From the NCBI GenBank assembly GCA_964403585.1, contig CAYOFQ010000001.1:712630-776629 (forward strand): a stretch of 64,000 nt of DNA, in the 5' to 3' direction. The notes beneath the pieces were generated by a model. It did no database searches. It was not told the origin of the DNA and saw nothing but the letters and a program-made list of their open reading frames with translations. Made by a program: the position numbers and the translations under genes. Below, piece by piece: positions 9,004-17,541 of the stretch. The stretch is from an uncultured Gammaproteobacteria bacterium. Lineage in GTDB: Bacteria; Patescibacteriota; Microgenomatia; JALYQM01. How positions within the stretch are numbered: position 1 is the first letter of the stretch; every line of letters begins with the position of its first letter.

Positions 9004-9585
9004 ATGCTGAATGATCTATTTATCTCTAAAGTTCGGGTCAAAATGTTGCAGCTCTTCATGCTGAATCCCACTCAAATGTTCCACGTCCGTGAAATAGTTC
9101 GTCAGGTCGACGAAGAGATCAATGCCGTTCGCCGCGAACTGCAGCGTATGGAAAAGGGTGGCATGGTTCGATCCGAATGGCGTGCCAATCGCCGTTATTA
9201 TGAGTTCCGTAAAGAGTATCTCTTCTATTCCGAACTTCTTGCCATGATGAATAAAATTGGTGGCTTAGGCGGGGAAATTATCCAAAATCGTGCCAAACTC
9301 GGGAAGGTTAAGTTTGCGTTTATCTCAGGAGGGTTCGCCCGCGGCAAAAACCCCGGCCCCAAAGACGTCGAACTCCTCGTAGTGGGAACAATCGTGCTCC
9401 CGGAGCTTTCGGCACTGGTAAAAAATGAAGAAGTGAAGCGCGCTCGAGAAATTAACTATACCGTCATGGCCGAAGATGAGTACAAATACCGCGTTACCCG
9501 TCGTGACCCCTTCATTTTAGACGTTCTGGAACGTCCGCGCATCATGCTGATCGGTGAAGAAGAAGCCCTTTTGGCTGACGTGTAG
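9004..9585 (+). CDS. wHTH + minimal nucleotidyltransferase domain protein
   Basis: N-terminal winged-helix-like region. C-terminal FISGGFARGKNPGPKDVELLVVG resembles the Pol-beta-type NTase GSxARG...D.DL motif. Confidence 0.45.
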   Translation: MLNDLFISKVRVKMLQLFMLNPTQMFHVREIVRQVDEEINAVRRELQRMEKGGMVRSEWRANRRYYEFRKEYLFYSELLAMMNKIGGLGGEIIQNRAKLGKVKFAFISGGFARGKNPGPKDVELLVVGTIVLPELSALVKNEEVKRAREINYTVMAEDEYKYRVTRRDPFILDVLERPRIMLIGEEEALLADV

Positions 9586-9599
9586 AATATCCCATAGTA

Positions 9600-9628
9600 T
9601 TGACATATAGGTTAAAGTGTGGTAATAT
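9600..9628 (+). promoter_or_regulatory. Consensus sigma70-type promoter (TTGACA-17-TAATAT)
   Basis: TTGACA at 9600-9605, a 17-nt spacer, TAATAT at 9623-9628. Confidence 0.55.
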
Positions 9629-9634
9629 AACACT

Positions 9635-10117
9635 ACCTTAAGAGTAGGTGAACTCAATTTGAGCTCAACTCTGCTCGAGAGGGGTGAGTTTAAGCCCACT
9701 TGCACATTCACACGAGAGGCAGATTACTCCTAATCTACGGAACGGGAAGTAGTCCAACGAAGCTTCTTGTTGAATAAACATCAAACCTCGCCACTATGTA
9801 CCGGCTCCTAAAATAGGAGGAAGGTTAAGGCCTCGCAGACCCTGAGCTCAAACTCAGGCCAATTTGCGTAGGTGTTATCTTCATTTTTCTCGAAATATTT
9901 GTTGTGCTAAGCCAAGGTCGCTTCCTTTTATCCGAAGCTCACCTGAACCGCGGCTTGTAGCCCCGGTTGACTAAATTGCCATCTCGGATTTCCGAGTATC
10001 TTTAGCGACTGAGTCTACAAGCCGCGACTCAAAGTGAGTTTGAAACCCTGCAGAGGTTTCAAGTACGTACTCTGTACGTATCAAGGCTATGTGCATCACT
10101 CATAGGAGGCTTTACTC
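9635..10117 (+). promoter_or_regulatory. Long (~480 nt) highly structured non-coding leader / candidate large ncRNA
   Basis: No ORF longer than about 20 codons on the + strand. Several stems are present: a long-range 12-bp helix cgcggcttgtag/ctacaagccgcg (~9950/~10016) that encloses the hairpin ctcggatttccgag, plus hairpins cctgagctcaaactcagg and tgaaacc..ggtttca. Confidence 0.35.
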
Positions 10118-10372
10118 ATGTCCACGATCATCACAACCACCAACACCCGCCCGCTCAACCCGATCCTGACAGCACGCCAGCAGCTTCCCCGCGAAATTCG
10201 CCTCGGCCAGATTTGCTTTTACGAAGGCACCCTCGCCGAACAGGCCGAGTTTGCGCTGGAGATCCTCGAGAATTTCGAAGCTGCGTACGTTCCGTCGGAC
10301 GAAGGTGATGACTCCGATGTCGTTATGACCTGCGAAGGTGAAATCGATATGGGGCCGTGCCTGAACCTGTAA
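10118..10372 (+). CDS. Small acidic hypothetical protein (84 aa), GC-rich coding
   Basis: Strong RBS aggagg with 8-nt spacing. Codon usage is GC-rich (about 57% by eye) against an AT-richer neighbourhood. No homology recognised. Confidence 0.45.
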   Translation: MSTIITTTNTRPLNPILTARQQLPREIRLGQICFYEGTLAEQAEFALEILENFEAAYVPSDEGDDSDVVMTCEGEIDMGPCLNL

Positions 10373-10472
10373 GCTAGACCGGCAGCGCCGATCTGTTGAG
10401 CTTTGGAGCTCTGCTTCACTGCAATATACAGATCGGCGTCAGCCATCAAACAACAAACAAAGGAGAAAAACA

Positions 10473-10589
10473 ATGAACGATAACAAGATACGAGCAAAAG
10501 AAAAGAAAAATAACTTTAGACGTTTGAGTCTAAACTATATTTACCATTTACTTTTACTTCATATTTCTTTTCCACTCCGCCTCTCGTGA
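10473..10589 (+). CDS. Unannotated 38-codon small ORF (MNDNKIRAKEKKNNFRRLSLNYIYHLLLLHISFPLRLS)
   Basis: Consensus RBS aaaggag 7 nt upstream of the ATG. The N-terminus is basic and the C-terminus hydrophobic. It is below the ORF-track length cutoff. Confidence 0.3.
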   Translation: MNDNKIRAKEKKNNFRRLSLNYIYHLLLLHISFPLRLS

Positions 10590-10663
10590 CTTGTTTCTTA
10601 AATATGATAACTATTGTATTTAAAGAACAGGGTAAATAAATTATAATTTAACTAGGTAAAAAT

Positions 10664-11632
10664 ATGACCGAAGTAATTGACTATCCAGGTATTGAAATAA
10701 CACAATACACGCCGCCAAAGGAACGTTTTGTTGTTACGGTTGATCATTCTGAACTTTCGCGTGCGCAAAAAGTCGCAGGTATAGTTAATACTGTGCAACC
10801 CGATTTTGTCCGCGTTGCTCCACAATTTGATAATGAAGGCAAGATTGTTACGAGCTTTGACTTTCACGAAGAAATACCCGGTTGCCGAGGTGAATCAGCC
10901 GATATTTTCATTATGCTTTATGATTTGGCTGAAGCCTTAGAGCTAAGCCCAAAGGTCGAAGATCCAACTTCTACATTTGCGGACCAAGAGCAACAAATAA
11001 ATAATCTCGTGCGAACCAAACTCGATTTGTATCTCGAACAGAAGCGAGCGGTACAAGAAGCGAACCGTGAAGCTGAAAATAATAGACTCAACATCGCGAC
11101 AGAACCTACCTCGGAAGGAATTGACTCTCATATTTATATTGATACTGATCTTGATACTCGTGCCACCCTCCGTTTAGCAGACCGCGCGGCATCACTTGTT
11201 TTTGCAGAATTTATTAGCAACCGCACATTAGATATGTCTGAAGTGCGAAAACTCAGTATGTACCTAAGAATGGATTTGCCTGAATTAATTGTGAATACAG
11301 TCGAGGAAGAAGGCAAAAAGGGTACTCAAACAGCAGATGTGGGCATTAATTTTGCTCAAATCACTGGTCCCGACTCGTCTCAGGTACTCGAAGTAATGGT
11401 ATTTGATAAAAATAACCAATATCCTGAAGAAGTGCTTAAGCAGCTCAACAAGAACGATCTTCCAAAGAGAATCACATCAAGTAAAGAGTCCGAGGTGGAG
11501 GGACAAGATCGGGGCCACGGCTTAGTAAAGGTTATAAGTGACGTAAGAGAAGAGTTGCAAGGAAATATACGATTCGATAATACAGATACAGGCTCGTATG
11601 TGAGGATTACTGTCCCTCTCACTAGAAAATAA
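10664..11632 (+). CDS. Protein with C-terminal HATPase_c (anti-sigma-factor kinase RsbW/SpoIIAB-like) domain and an uncharacterised N-terminal domain
   Basis: C-terminal GHGLVKVISDV...GNIRFDNTDTGSYVRITVPL matches the G2/G3 boxes of GHKL ATPases. An upstream ATLRLADRAASLVFAEF block fits the RsbW-type N-box. Confidence 0.5.
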   Translation: MTEVIDYPGIEITQYTPPKERFVVTVDHSELSRAQKVAGIVNTVQPDFVRVAPQFDNEGKIVTSFDFHEEIPGCRGESADIFIMLYDLAEALELSPKVEDPTSTFADQEQQINNLVRTKLDLYLEQKRAVQEANREAENNRLNIATEPTSEGIDSHIYIDTDLDTRATLRLADRAASLVFAEFISNRTLDMSEVRKLSMYLRMDLPELIVNTVEEEGKKGTQTADVGINFAQITGPDSSQVLEVMVFDKNNQYPEEVLKQLNKNDLPKRITSSKESEVEGQDRGHGLVKVISDVREELQGNIRFDNTDTGSYVRITVPLTRK

Positions 11633-11663
11633 TTCACAAATAGAGTATACTACTATCACATTA

Positions 11664-11689
11664 CATACGTCTCGCAACGTATGTTTTTT
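11664..11689 (+). terminator. Rho-independent terminator
   Basis: acatacgt-ctcgca-acgtatgt hairpin followed by TTTTTT. Confidence 0.5.
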
Positions 11690-11724
11690 GCTGTTATAAG
11701 GATAAAATTGCACAAGGAGTTCAT

Positions 11725-11952
11725 ATGCCCGAATCCCGCAGTCACGGACATTTAATTATCGGAATTGATCAAAGAGGATCCGAAAAAATAGGCCGACCTG
11801 CTTCCGGAAGTGCAACCGAAGGTCCCGCTTTTTTCTTAACCGAGGCACCCCCCGCACGACGCGCACTTGCAGATAATACAGCCATAGACATTAAATCAGG
11901 AACTGGTGCCGGACGGGTGGACATTTCCGGTGGTCCGGTAACGCGTCGCTAA
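11725..11952 (+). CDS. Small Gly/Ala-rich hypothetical protein (75 aa)
   Basis: RBS aaggag. No TM segment, so it is not YajC. It lies immediately upstream of secD. Confidence 0.35.
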   Translation: MPESRSHGHLIIGIDQRGSEKIGRPASGSATEGPAFFLTEAPPARRALADNTAIDIKSGTGAGRVDISGGPVTRR

Positions 11953-11990
11953 TTGACTCTCACCTCAAATAAAAATATAATACCGCCATT

Positions 11991-13403
11991 ATGGCACAAC
12001 ACAACCGCTACGCGAATAAACCGCACACCCAAAAAACAGGACGCCCTATTCGGATGTTCATGTTCGTGCTTCTGGTATTCGTCGCTGCACTTATATATAA
12101 CCTTCCTCAGACTAAAATAAACCAGACAATTTTCGGCAAAAAAATAGAAACAATTGGCGGATATAACATCCTTGGTCGCCCGCTGGAACTCCGCCGCGGC
12201 CTCGATTTACAAGGCGGTGTCCAGTTAACGCTGCAGGCTGATATGAAAAATATCGCCGAAAAGGATCGCCAGCAGGCATTGGATTCGGCTCGTGATGTTA
12301 TTGACCGTCGTGTGAATATGTATGGTGTTTCCGAACCGGTAGTACAGTCCGCAAAATCAGGTAATGATTACCGCGTTATTGTTGAACTCCCCGGCGTCAC
12401 CGATATGGACGAGGCCATGAACCTGGTTGGCCGTACCGCACGGCTCGAATTCCGCGAACCCGACGAGTCAACCGAAAGTGCTGAGGCACAGATGCGTGAA
12501 GCCACTGCTTCGGCAATGTTGGGACTTGATGCTTCGACAGCAGCACAATTAAAAGAGTATATTGCTACACAACCCCGCTACAAATCCACCGAACTTACCG
12601 GAAATGAATTAAAACGTGCAACAGTTACCTTTAGTCCGCAAATCAACGAACCACAGGTGAATTTGGAATTTAAAGATAAAGGAACAAAACTGTTTGCCGA
12701 TCTAACGACTAAATATGTTGGTAAAACTATCGCAATTTATCTTGATGAAGAACAGGTGAGTGCCCCTCGCGTGAATGTACCAATCACCGATGGTAATGCA
12801 GTCATTTCAGGCGGGTTCACCGTTCCACAAGCGCAGCAGCTGGCCACCCAGTTAAACGCCGGTGCCTTACCGGTGCCTATTCAGGTCATAGAACAGCGAA
12901 CCGTCGGCGCAACTCTGGGAAACCAGTCGGTTGAACGCAGTATTATTGCCGGCGCGGTCGGGGTCGGACTCGTCGCGCTGTTCATGTTAGCGTTGTACGG
13001 ATTCCAGGGATTTCTGGCCGACATCGCCCTGGTTCTCTATGCATTGATCTCGTTATTCCTATTCCGGTTTATTCCGGTAACCTTAACCCTGGCGGGAATC
13101 GCCGGATTCATTTTGTCGATTGGTATGGCGCTGGACGCGAATATCCTTATTTTCGAACGTATTCGTGAAGAAATCCGCTGGGGTAAAAGCCGTAAAGAAG
13201 CACTGCGACTCGGATTCAGCCGTGCCTGGTCGTCTATTCGTGACTCCAACGTCTCTTCGCTGATTACCTGTTTTATTCTCTATAGTTTTGGAACCGGTAT
13301 CATTCGGGGGTTTGCACTCACTTTGGCAATTGGTATTTTTGTATCACTGTTTACCGCGATTACGGTAACCAGAACTTTGTTGCACATGTTTTATCGGGAC
13401 TAA
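11991..13403 (+). CDS. secD: protein translocase subunit SecD
   Basis: LDLQGGVQLTLQ and IAIYLDEE...SAPRV motifs. Six C-terminal TM segments of the RND-like SecDF fold. Confidence 0.9.
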   Translation: MAQHNRYANKPHTQKTGRPIRMFMFVLLVFVAALIYNLPQTKINQTIFGKKIETIGGYNILGRPLELRRGLDLQGGVQLTLQADMKNIAEKDRQQALDSARDVIDRRVNMYGVSEPVVQSAKSGNDYRVIVELPGVTDMDEAMNLVGRTARLEFREPDESTESAEAQMREATASAMLGLDASTAAQLKEYIATQPRYKSTELTGNELKRATVTFSPQINEPQVNLEFKDKGTKLFADLTTKYVGKTIAIYLDEEQVSAPRVNVPITDGNAVISGGFTVPQAQQLATQLNAGALPVPIQVIEQRTVGATLGNQSVERSIIAGAVGVGLVALFMLALYGFQGFLADIALVLYALISLFLFRFIPVTLTLAGIAGFILSIGMALDANILIFERIREEIRWGKSRKEALRLGFSRAWSSIRDSNVSSLITCFILYSFGTGIIRGFALTLAIGIFVSLFTAITVTRTLLHMFYRD

Positions 13404-13406
13404 TAT

Positions 13407-14321
13407 ATGAACTTTGTTAAACATAAAAATATCTTCTTCATTATCTCAGGCTTACTGATTTTGCCGGGATTAATTTCGCTATTCACCAAAGGCCTCCGGC
13501 TTGGTATCGATTTTACCGGCGGTACTTTGATGGAAATTAAGAGTGATAAATTTAACTCCGGTAAATCTGACGAGATCCGTAATCTTATTAAGTCTCAGGG
13601 AGTTGAAGTTTCTTCCATTCAACAGTCAGGTGCTAATTCATTCATCATCCGATCCAAAGAAGTTAAGCAGGCTACGGACACAAAAATACTGGAAGAGCTA
13701 AACAAAAAATACGGCAAGGTTGAACAGTCACGCTTTGAAACAGTTGGGCCAACTATCGGTGCCGAATTAACCCGCAATGCCTTTATGGCCGTGGCGGTCG
13801 CGTCTACATTTATTGTGGTGTATATTGCCTGGAGTTTCCGCGAAGTACCGAAACCCGCCTCCAGCTGGAGATTTGGCTTAACGGCCATTGCCGCGCTTCT
13901 GCACGATGCATTATTTGTACTGGGTGTTTTCTCCATCCTCGGCTGGGCGTACGGAGTGGAAATCGATTCGTTGTTTGTTACTGCGTTGCTCACTGTTATC
14001 GGATTTTCGGTTCACGATACGATTGTTGTGTATGACCGGATTCGTGAGAACCTGATCAAAGGCAAGGCTGCTAATTTTGATGACACCGTTAATTTGTCGA
14101 TTTGGGAAACCCTTGCCCGTTCCATTAATACCTCGGCCACTGTTATTATCGTGCTCACCGCGCTACTGCTTTTTGGCGGTGAATCAATCCGCTGGTTTGT
14201 TTTTGCCTTATTGATCGGTATCGTTTCAGGAACCTATTCTTCCATTTTCAACGCTGCTCAATTGCTGGTGTTGTGGGAAGATTATTCCGAACTGAAAACA
14301 TTGCCGAAAAATCAAAAGTGA
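13407..14321 (+). CDS. secF: protein translocase subunit SecF
   Basis: GIDFTGGT motif and C-terminal TM bundle. It follows secD with a 3-nt gap. Confidence 0.9.
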   Translation: MNFVKHKNIFFIISGLLILPGLISLFTKGLRLGIDFTGGTLMEIKSDKFNSGKSDEIRNLIKSQGVEVSSIQQSGANSFIIRSKEVKQATDTKILEELNKKYGKVEQSRFETVGPTIGAELTRNAFMAVAVASTFIVVYIAWSFREVPKPASSWRFGLTAIAALLHDALFVLGVFSILGWAYGVEIDSLFVTALLTVIGFSVHDTIVVYDRIRENLIKGKAANFDDTVNLSIWETLARSINTSATVIIVLTALLLFGGESIRWFVFALLIGIVSGTYSSIFNAAQLLVLWEDYSELKTLPKNQK

Positions 14322-14333
14322 TATAATTAAAAA

Positions 14334-14855
14334 ATGAATATATCAGTTTTGACCCCCGAAACCCCTAAACATGAAGTAATCAATTATTATAAGGATATTC
14401 TCGTATCTCACCACATTGAAATCGACCATATCGAGGACGACCGTCCGTGGGGAGGCGAAATCTGGATCAAAAATAGTGCTTCCCAACCGTTTCAGGATAT
14501 CTATTTTGCCGAGACCCAATACAGTAATGAGGATCTGCAAGGACCGCCGACTCCGAAATTTTTAATCGTGCAACCGGGCCATAAACTTTCCTGGCAGTAT
14601 CACAAGCGCCGTCAGGAAATCTGGCGGGTAGTACACGGCCCGATTGGTGCCATTCTCAATAATTCGGATTTTATGACCGCTATCAATATTTTTACGACCG
14701 GCAGCCTAATCGAGGTTGGTAAGGAAATGCGGCACCGTCTGGTTGGTTTGGATAATTGGGGAGTAGTTGCCGAGATATGGAAGCACAACGACCCGATGAA
14801 CGTTTCAACCGAAGAAGATATTATTAGAATTCAAGACGACTACAAACGAAAGTAG
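14334..14855 (+). CDS. Cupin-type mannose-6-phosphate isomerase (type II PMI C-terminal-domain-like)
   Basis: RPWGGEIWI and PGHKLSWQYHKRRQEIWRVVHG match the type-II PMI cupin signature. Confidence 0.55.
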   Translation: MNISVLTPETPKHEVINYYKDILVSHHIEIDHIEDDRPWGGEIWIKNSASQPFQDIYFAETQYSNEDLQGPPTPKFLIVQPGHKLSWQYHKRRQEIWRVVHGPIGAILNNSDFMTAINIFTTGSLIEVGKEMRHRLVGLDNWGVVAEIWKHNDPMNVSTEEDIIRIQDDYKRK

Positions 14856-14866
14856 AAAGGAAAATT

Positions 14867-16222
14867 ATGCAAGTCGAGCAATCTATTTTTAAAGCATATG
14901 ACATCAGAGGAATTTACGGGCAGACTCTTAATGAAGAGGTGGCTCGAGCAGTTGGAAAAGTATTTTCGAAGGTCGTACCGACAGAGCAGGTGGTAGTTGG
15001 GCGTGATGCCCGTATCTCAAGCCCTGCCTTACACGATGCGCTTATTGATGGTCTTACCAGTGTTGGAGTTTCAGTAATTGATGTGGGTATGGTTTCTACG
15101 GATATGTATTACTTTGCCTGCGCGAGCAAAAATCTTCCCGGGATCATGGTCACCGCCAGCCATAACCCTAAAGAATACAACGGGTTTAAAATGGTCCGCC
15201 GTATTCCATACCTGCTTTCCGGAGACGAAGGAATTCAGGATATCCGCAAATGTATTGAAGCAGACGACTTTCCCTCAGAGTCTGCAACAAAAGGCACCGT
15301 AACCAATGCCAACATTATGGACGAATTTGTACATAAAATTCTTTCCCTGGTACAGGTTTCCGAAATTAAACCATACAAAGTTTTGGCAGACACCGCCAAT
15401 GGAATGGTTGGTCCGTCACTTGTTGAAATATTCAAACATATTCCTCAAGTTCAGCTGGTGCCTATGTATTTCGAACCGGATGGTAATTTCCCCAACCATG
15501 GTGGTGATCCCTTGATGCCGGAAAATCGTCAGGAGTTGCAGGAACGGGTGGTTGCGGAAAATGCCGACTTCGGGTTCGCGTTTGACCCCGACGGTGATCG
15601 ATTCTTCTGCATTGATAAGCGCGGCAGATTTATTTCAGGTGATTTTATGACCGCAATACTTTCCTACTATTTCCTGCAAAAATATCCCCGTTCGACAATA
15701 GTCTACGATATCCGAGCATCTAAAGCTGTTGAAGATACTGTCAACAAATATGGCGGTAAAGCTTTATATAACCGTGTCGGACATGCGTATATCAAAAAGC
15801 GTATGAGTGATGAGAACGCTGTTTTTGGCGGGGAAGTAACAGGACATTATTACTTTAAAGACTTCTTTGGTTGCGATTCGGGTGTTGCACCAATGCTATA
15901 TCTTCTCGATGCACTCTCTCACGGAGAACTTTCCCTTGATCAGGTCGTAGACCAATACGAAGAGCGGTACTTTATTTCGGGTGAGATAAACAATAAAGTT
16001 CCGGATGTTAAAGCAGTACTTTCTAAACTGGAAGAAGTGTACGGATTCAAAGCCAAGGAAGTGATTAAAGTGGACGGAGTAACCTGTGAATTTGAAGACT
16101 GGCGCTTTAATGTCCGTGGGTCCAATACCGAACCGTTAATTCGCCTCAATCTTGAAGCAAAGGATAAAGAAACCATGGAAGCGAAACGGGATGAAGTACT
16201 AAAGGTCATTAAAGGAGAATAA
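14867..16222 (+). CDS. phosphomannomutase/phosphoglucomutase (alpha-D-phosphohexomutase)
   Basis: Active-site TASHNPKEYNGFK and Mg-loop FDPDGDR. Confidence 0.85.
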   Translation: MQVEQSIFKAYDIRGIYGQTLNEEVARAVGKVFSKVVPTEQVVVGRDARISSPALHDALIDGLTSVGVSVIDVGMVSTDMYYFACASKNLPGIMVTASHNPKEYNGFKMVRRIPYLLSGDEGIQDIRKCIEADDFPSESATKGTVTNANIMDEFVHKILSLVQVSEIKPYKVLADTANGMVGPSLVEIFKHIPQVQLVPMYFEPDGNFPNHGGDPLMPENRQELQERVVAENADFGFAFDPDGDRFFCIDKRGRFISGDFMTAILSYYFLQKYPRSTIVYDIRASKAVEDTVNKYGGKALYNRVGHAYIKKRMSDENAVFGGEVTGHYYFKDFFGCDSGVAPMLYLLDALSHGELSLDQVVDQYEERYFISGEINNKVPDVKAVLSKLEEVYGFKAKEVIKVDGVTCEFEDWRFNVRGSNTEPLIRLNLEAKDKETMEAKRDEVLKVIKGE

Positions 16223-16223
16223 T

Positions 16224-16652
16224 ATGGGAGAAGCCGAAGGACAAATTGGTGTAGTTACAGAAAAAAGCGGATGGGAGCCAATCGATATCGATGATCCGCG
16301 TTTTACTGACCCCTCACGAAGACTTGCGGGATCGTACTACGACGCATCTCCTGAGGTTGGTCCGCGAGTAGTTGATTTTATTAAGCTCGCTGATAAAGAC
16401 GGTTTCGACAATTCGGGAAAAGGCTTTTTTGTTGATGCCGGTCAGAGTAGCAAGTTCGCTACGGAAGGTGAGGGGGGTGCAAATATTAGTGTCGTACTGA
16501 TTAAGGATGAAGCTAAACCGGTGTATAAAGTAAAATTATCGTTAAAAGAAAAGAAGAGTGATGGCTATACTCCGGAAGTATATCTTACTAAGCATGCACT
16601 GGATCGCTTTAAACAGTTCTTAAAAGAACCGCCGGAAGAGGCGAGTGAATAA
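16224..16652 (+). CDS. hypothetical protein (142 aa)
   Basis: ORF with RBS. It is apparently translationally coupled to the upstream gene. Confidence 0.4.
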   Translation: MGEAEGQIGVVTEKSGWEPIDIDDPRFTDPSRRLAGSYYDASPEVGPRVVDFIKLADKDGFDNSGKGFFVDAGQSSKFATEGEGGANISVVLIKDEAKPVYKVKLSLKEKKSDGYTPEVYLTKHALDRFKQFLKEPPEEASE

Positions 16653-16670
16653 ACTTTAGCAATGAACTAA

Positions 16671-16697
16671 AAGGGGAGACAAAATCTCCCCTTTTTA
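16671..16697. terminator. Bidirectional rho-independent terminator between convergent genes
   Basis: ggggaga-caaaa-tctcccc hairpin flanked by an A-run and a T-run. Confidence 0.6.
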
Positions 16698-16961
16698 TTC
16701 CTCTGAATCTTTGGAGGTATCTGCTTCATTGACGACTGGCTTGGGAGTTGCTGCTACGCCGGAGTCTTTTTTATACATTTCACCTACCAGCCAGAGCACG
16801 GCTTCTTTTTTATATCGTCGATCACCGCGTTGGTTGATTCGAATAGCTTGGAGCTTTCCGCGTTTTCCCCACCGCTTAAGCGTAATTTTCGATACGCGTA
16901 AAAAGTCTGCTACTTCCTGGATTGTCATTAATTCCGGTAAATCGTCGCCAATTGAGGCCAT
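16695..16961 (-). CDS. HTH (MerR/excisionase-type) DNA-binding protein
   Basis: MTIQEVADFLRVSKITLKRWGKRGKL helix-turn-helix. The start is set at the M with RBS taaggagaattcacATG. Confidence 0.55.
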   Translation of the reverse strand: MASIGDDLPELMTIQEVADFLRVSKITLKRWGKRGKLQAIRINQRGDRRYKKEAVLWLVGEMYKKDSGVAATPKPVVNEADTSKDSEE

Positions 16962-17061
16962 GTGAATTCTCCTTAATGTAATATAACTCATGAATTCATA
17001 ACTAATATATCAAAGGTAATCAGAAGGTATCAAAAATTAAGGCACACAACAAGGGGGAATT

Positions 17062-17097
17062 TATACGAAAAGAGCCGCATCTTTCGACACGGCTCTC
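17062..17097 (-). terminator. Rho-independent terminator downstream of rplL
   Basis: On the minus strand, hairpin agagccg..cggctct followed by TTTTCG. Confidence 0.45.
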
Positions 17098-17145
17098 TAA
17101 TATTTCGGAAGACGCTTAAGCGGTTCCTCAATGATTCATTACAAA

Positions 17146-17541
17146 CTACTTAAGTTCAACTGTAGCACCAGCTTCAGTGAGTTTCTTCTTTGCTTCTTCA
17201 GCTTTCTCTTTGTTAACACCTTCGAGAACTGCTTTTGGAGCTGATTCAACAACAGCTTTAGCTTCAGCGAGTCCGAGTGAAGGAACGAGTTCGCGAACAG
17301 CTTTAATCACAGCGATTTTGTTAGCACCTGCGCCGGTGAGAACAACATTGAATTCTGTCTTCTCTTCAGCCGGAGCTGCGTCACCAGCTGCTGCCGGTGC
17401 TGCGCCTGCCATCATCATAGGAGCTGATGCTGAAACACCAAACTTCTCTTCGAGAGCATGTACTAAATCAGCGAGTTCAAGAACGGAAAGTTCTTCAACA
17501 GCTGCGATAACCTTTTCAACTTTTGCAGATACGTCTGCCAT
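17146..17541 (-). CDS. rplL: 50S ribosomal protein L7/L12
   Basis: Classic L7/L12 N-terminal dimerisation helix, Ala/Pro hinge and C-terminal domain [13 protein letters not shown]...LGLAEAK. Confidence 0.92.
   Translation of the reverse strand: MADVSAKVEKVIAAVEELSVLELADLVHALEEKFGVSASAPMMMAGAAPAAAGDAAPAEEKTEFNVVLTGAGANKIAVIKAVRELVPSLGLAEAKAVVESAPKAVLEGVNKEKAEEAKKKLTEAGATVELK

Noticed and set aside
9635-10117. tmRNA, SRP RNA or 6S RNA as explanations for the long structured leader
   Set aside because: There is no tRNA-like acceptor/T-arm with GGTTCGANTCC at the 3' end and no tag-peptide reading frame. There is no SRP domain-IV motif. It is far longer than 6S. It is left as an unassigned structured RNA.
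11725-11952. YajC (the usual gene preceding secDF) as identity for the 75-aa ORF
   Set aside because: YajC has an N-terminal TM helix and a conserved PQQKR region. This ORF is Gly/Ala-rich, soluble and unrelated, so it is kept as hypothetical.
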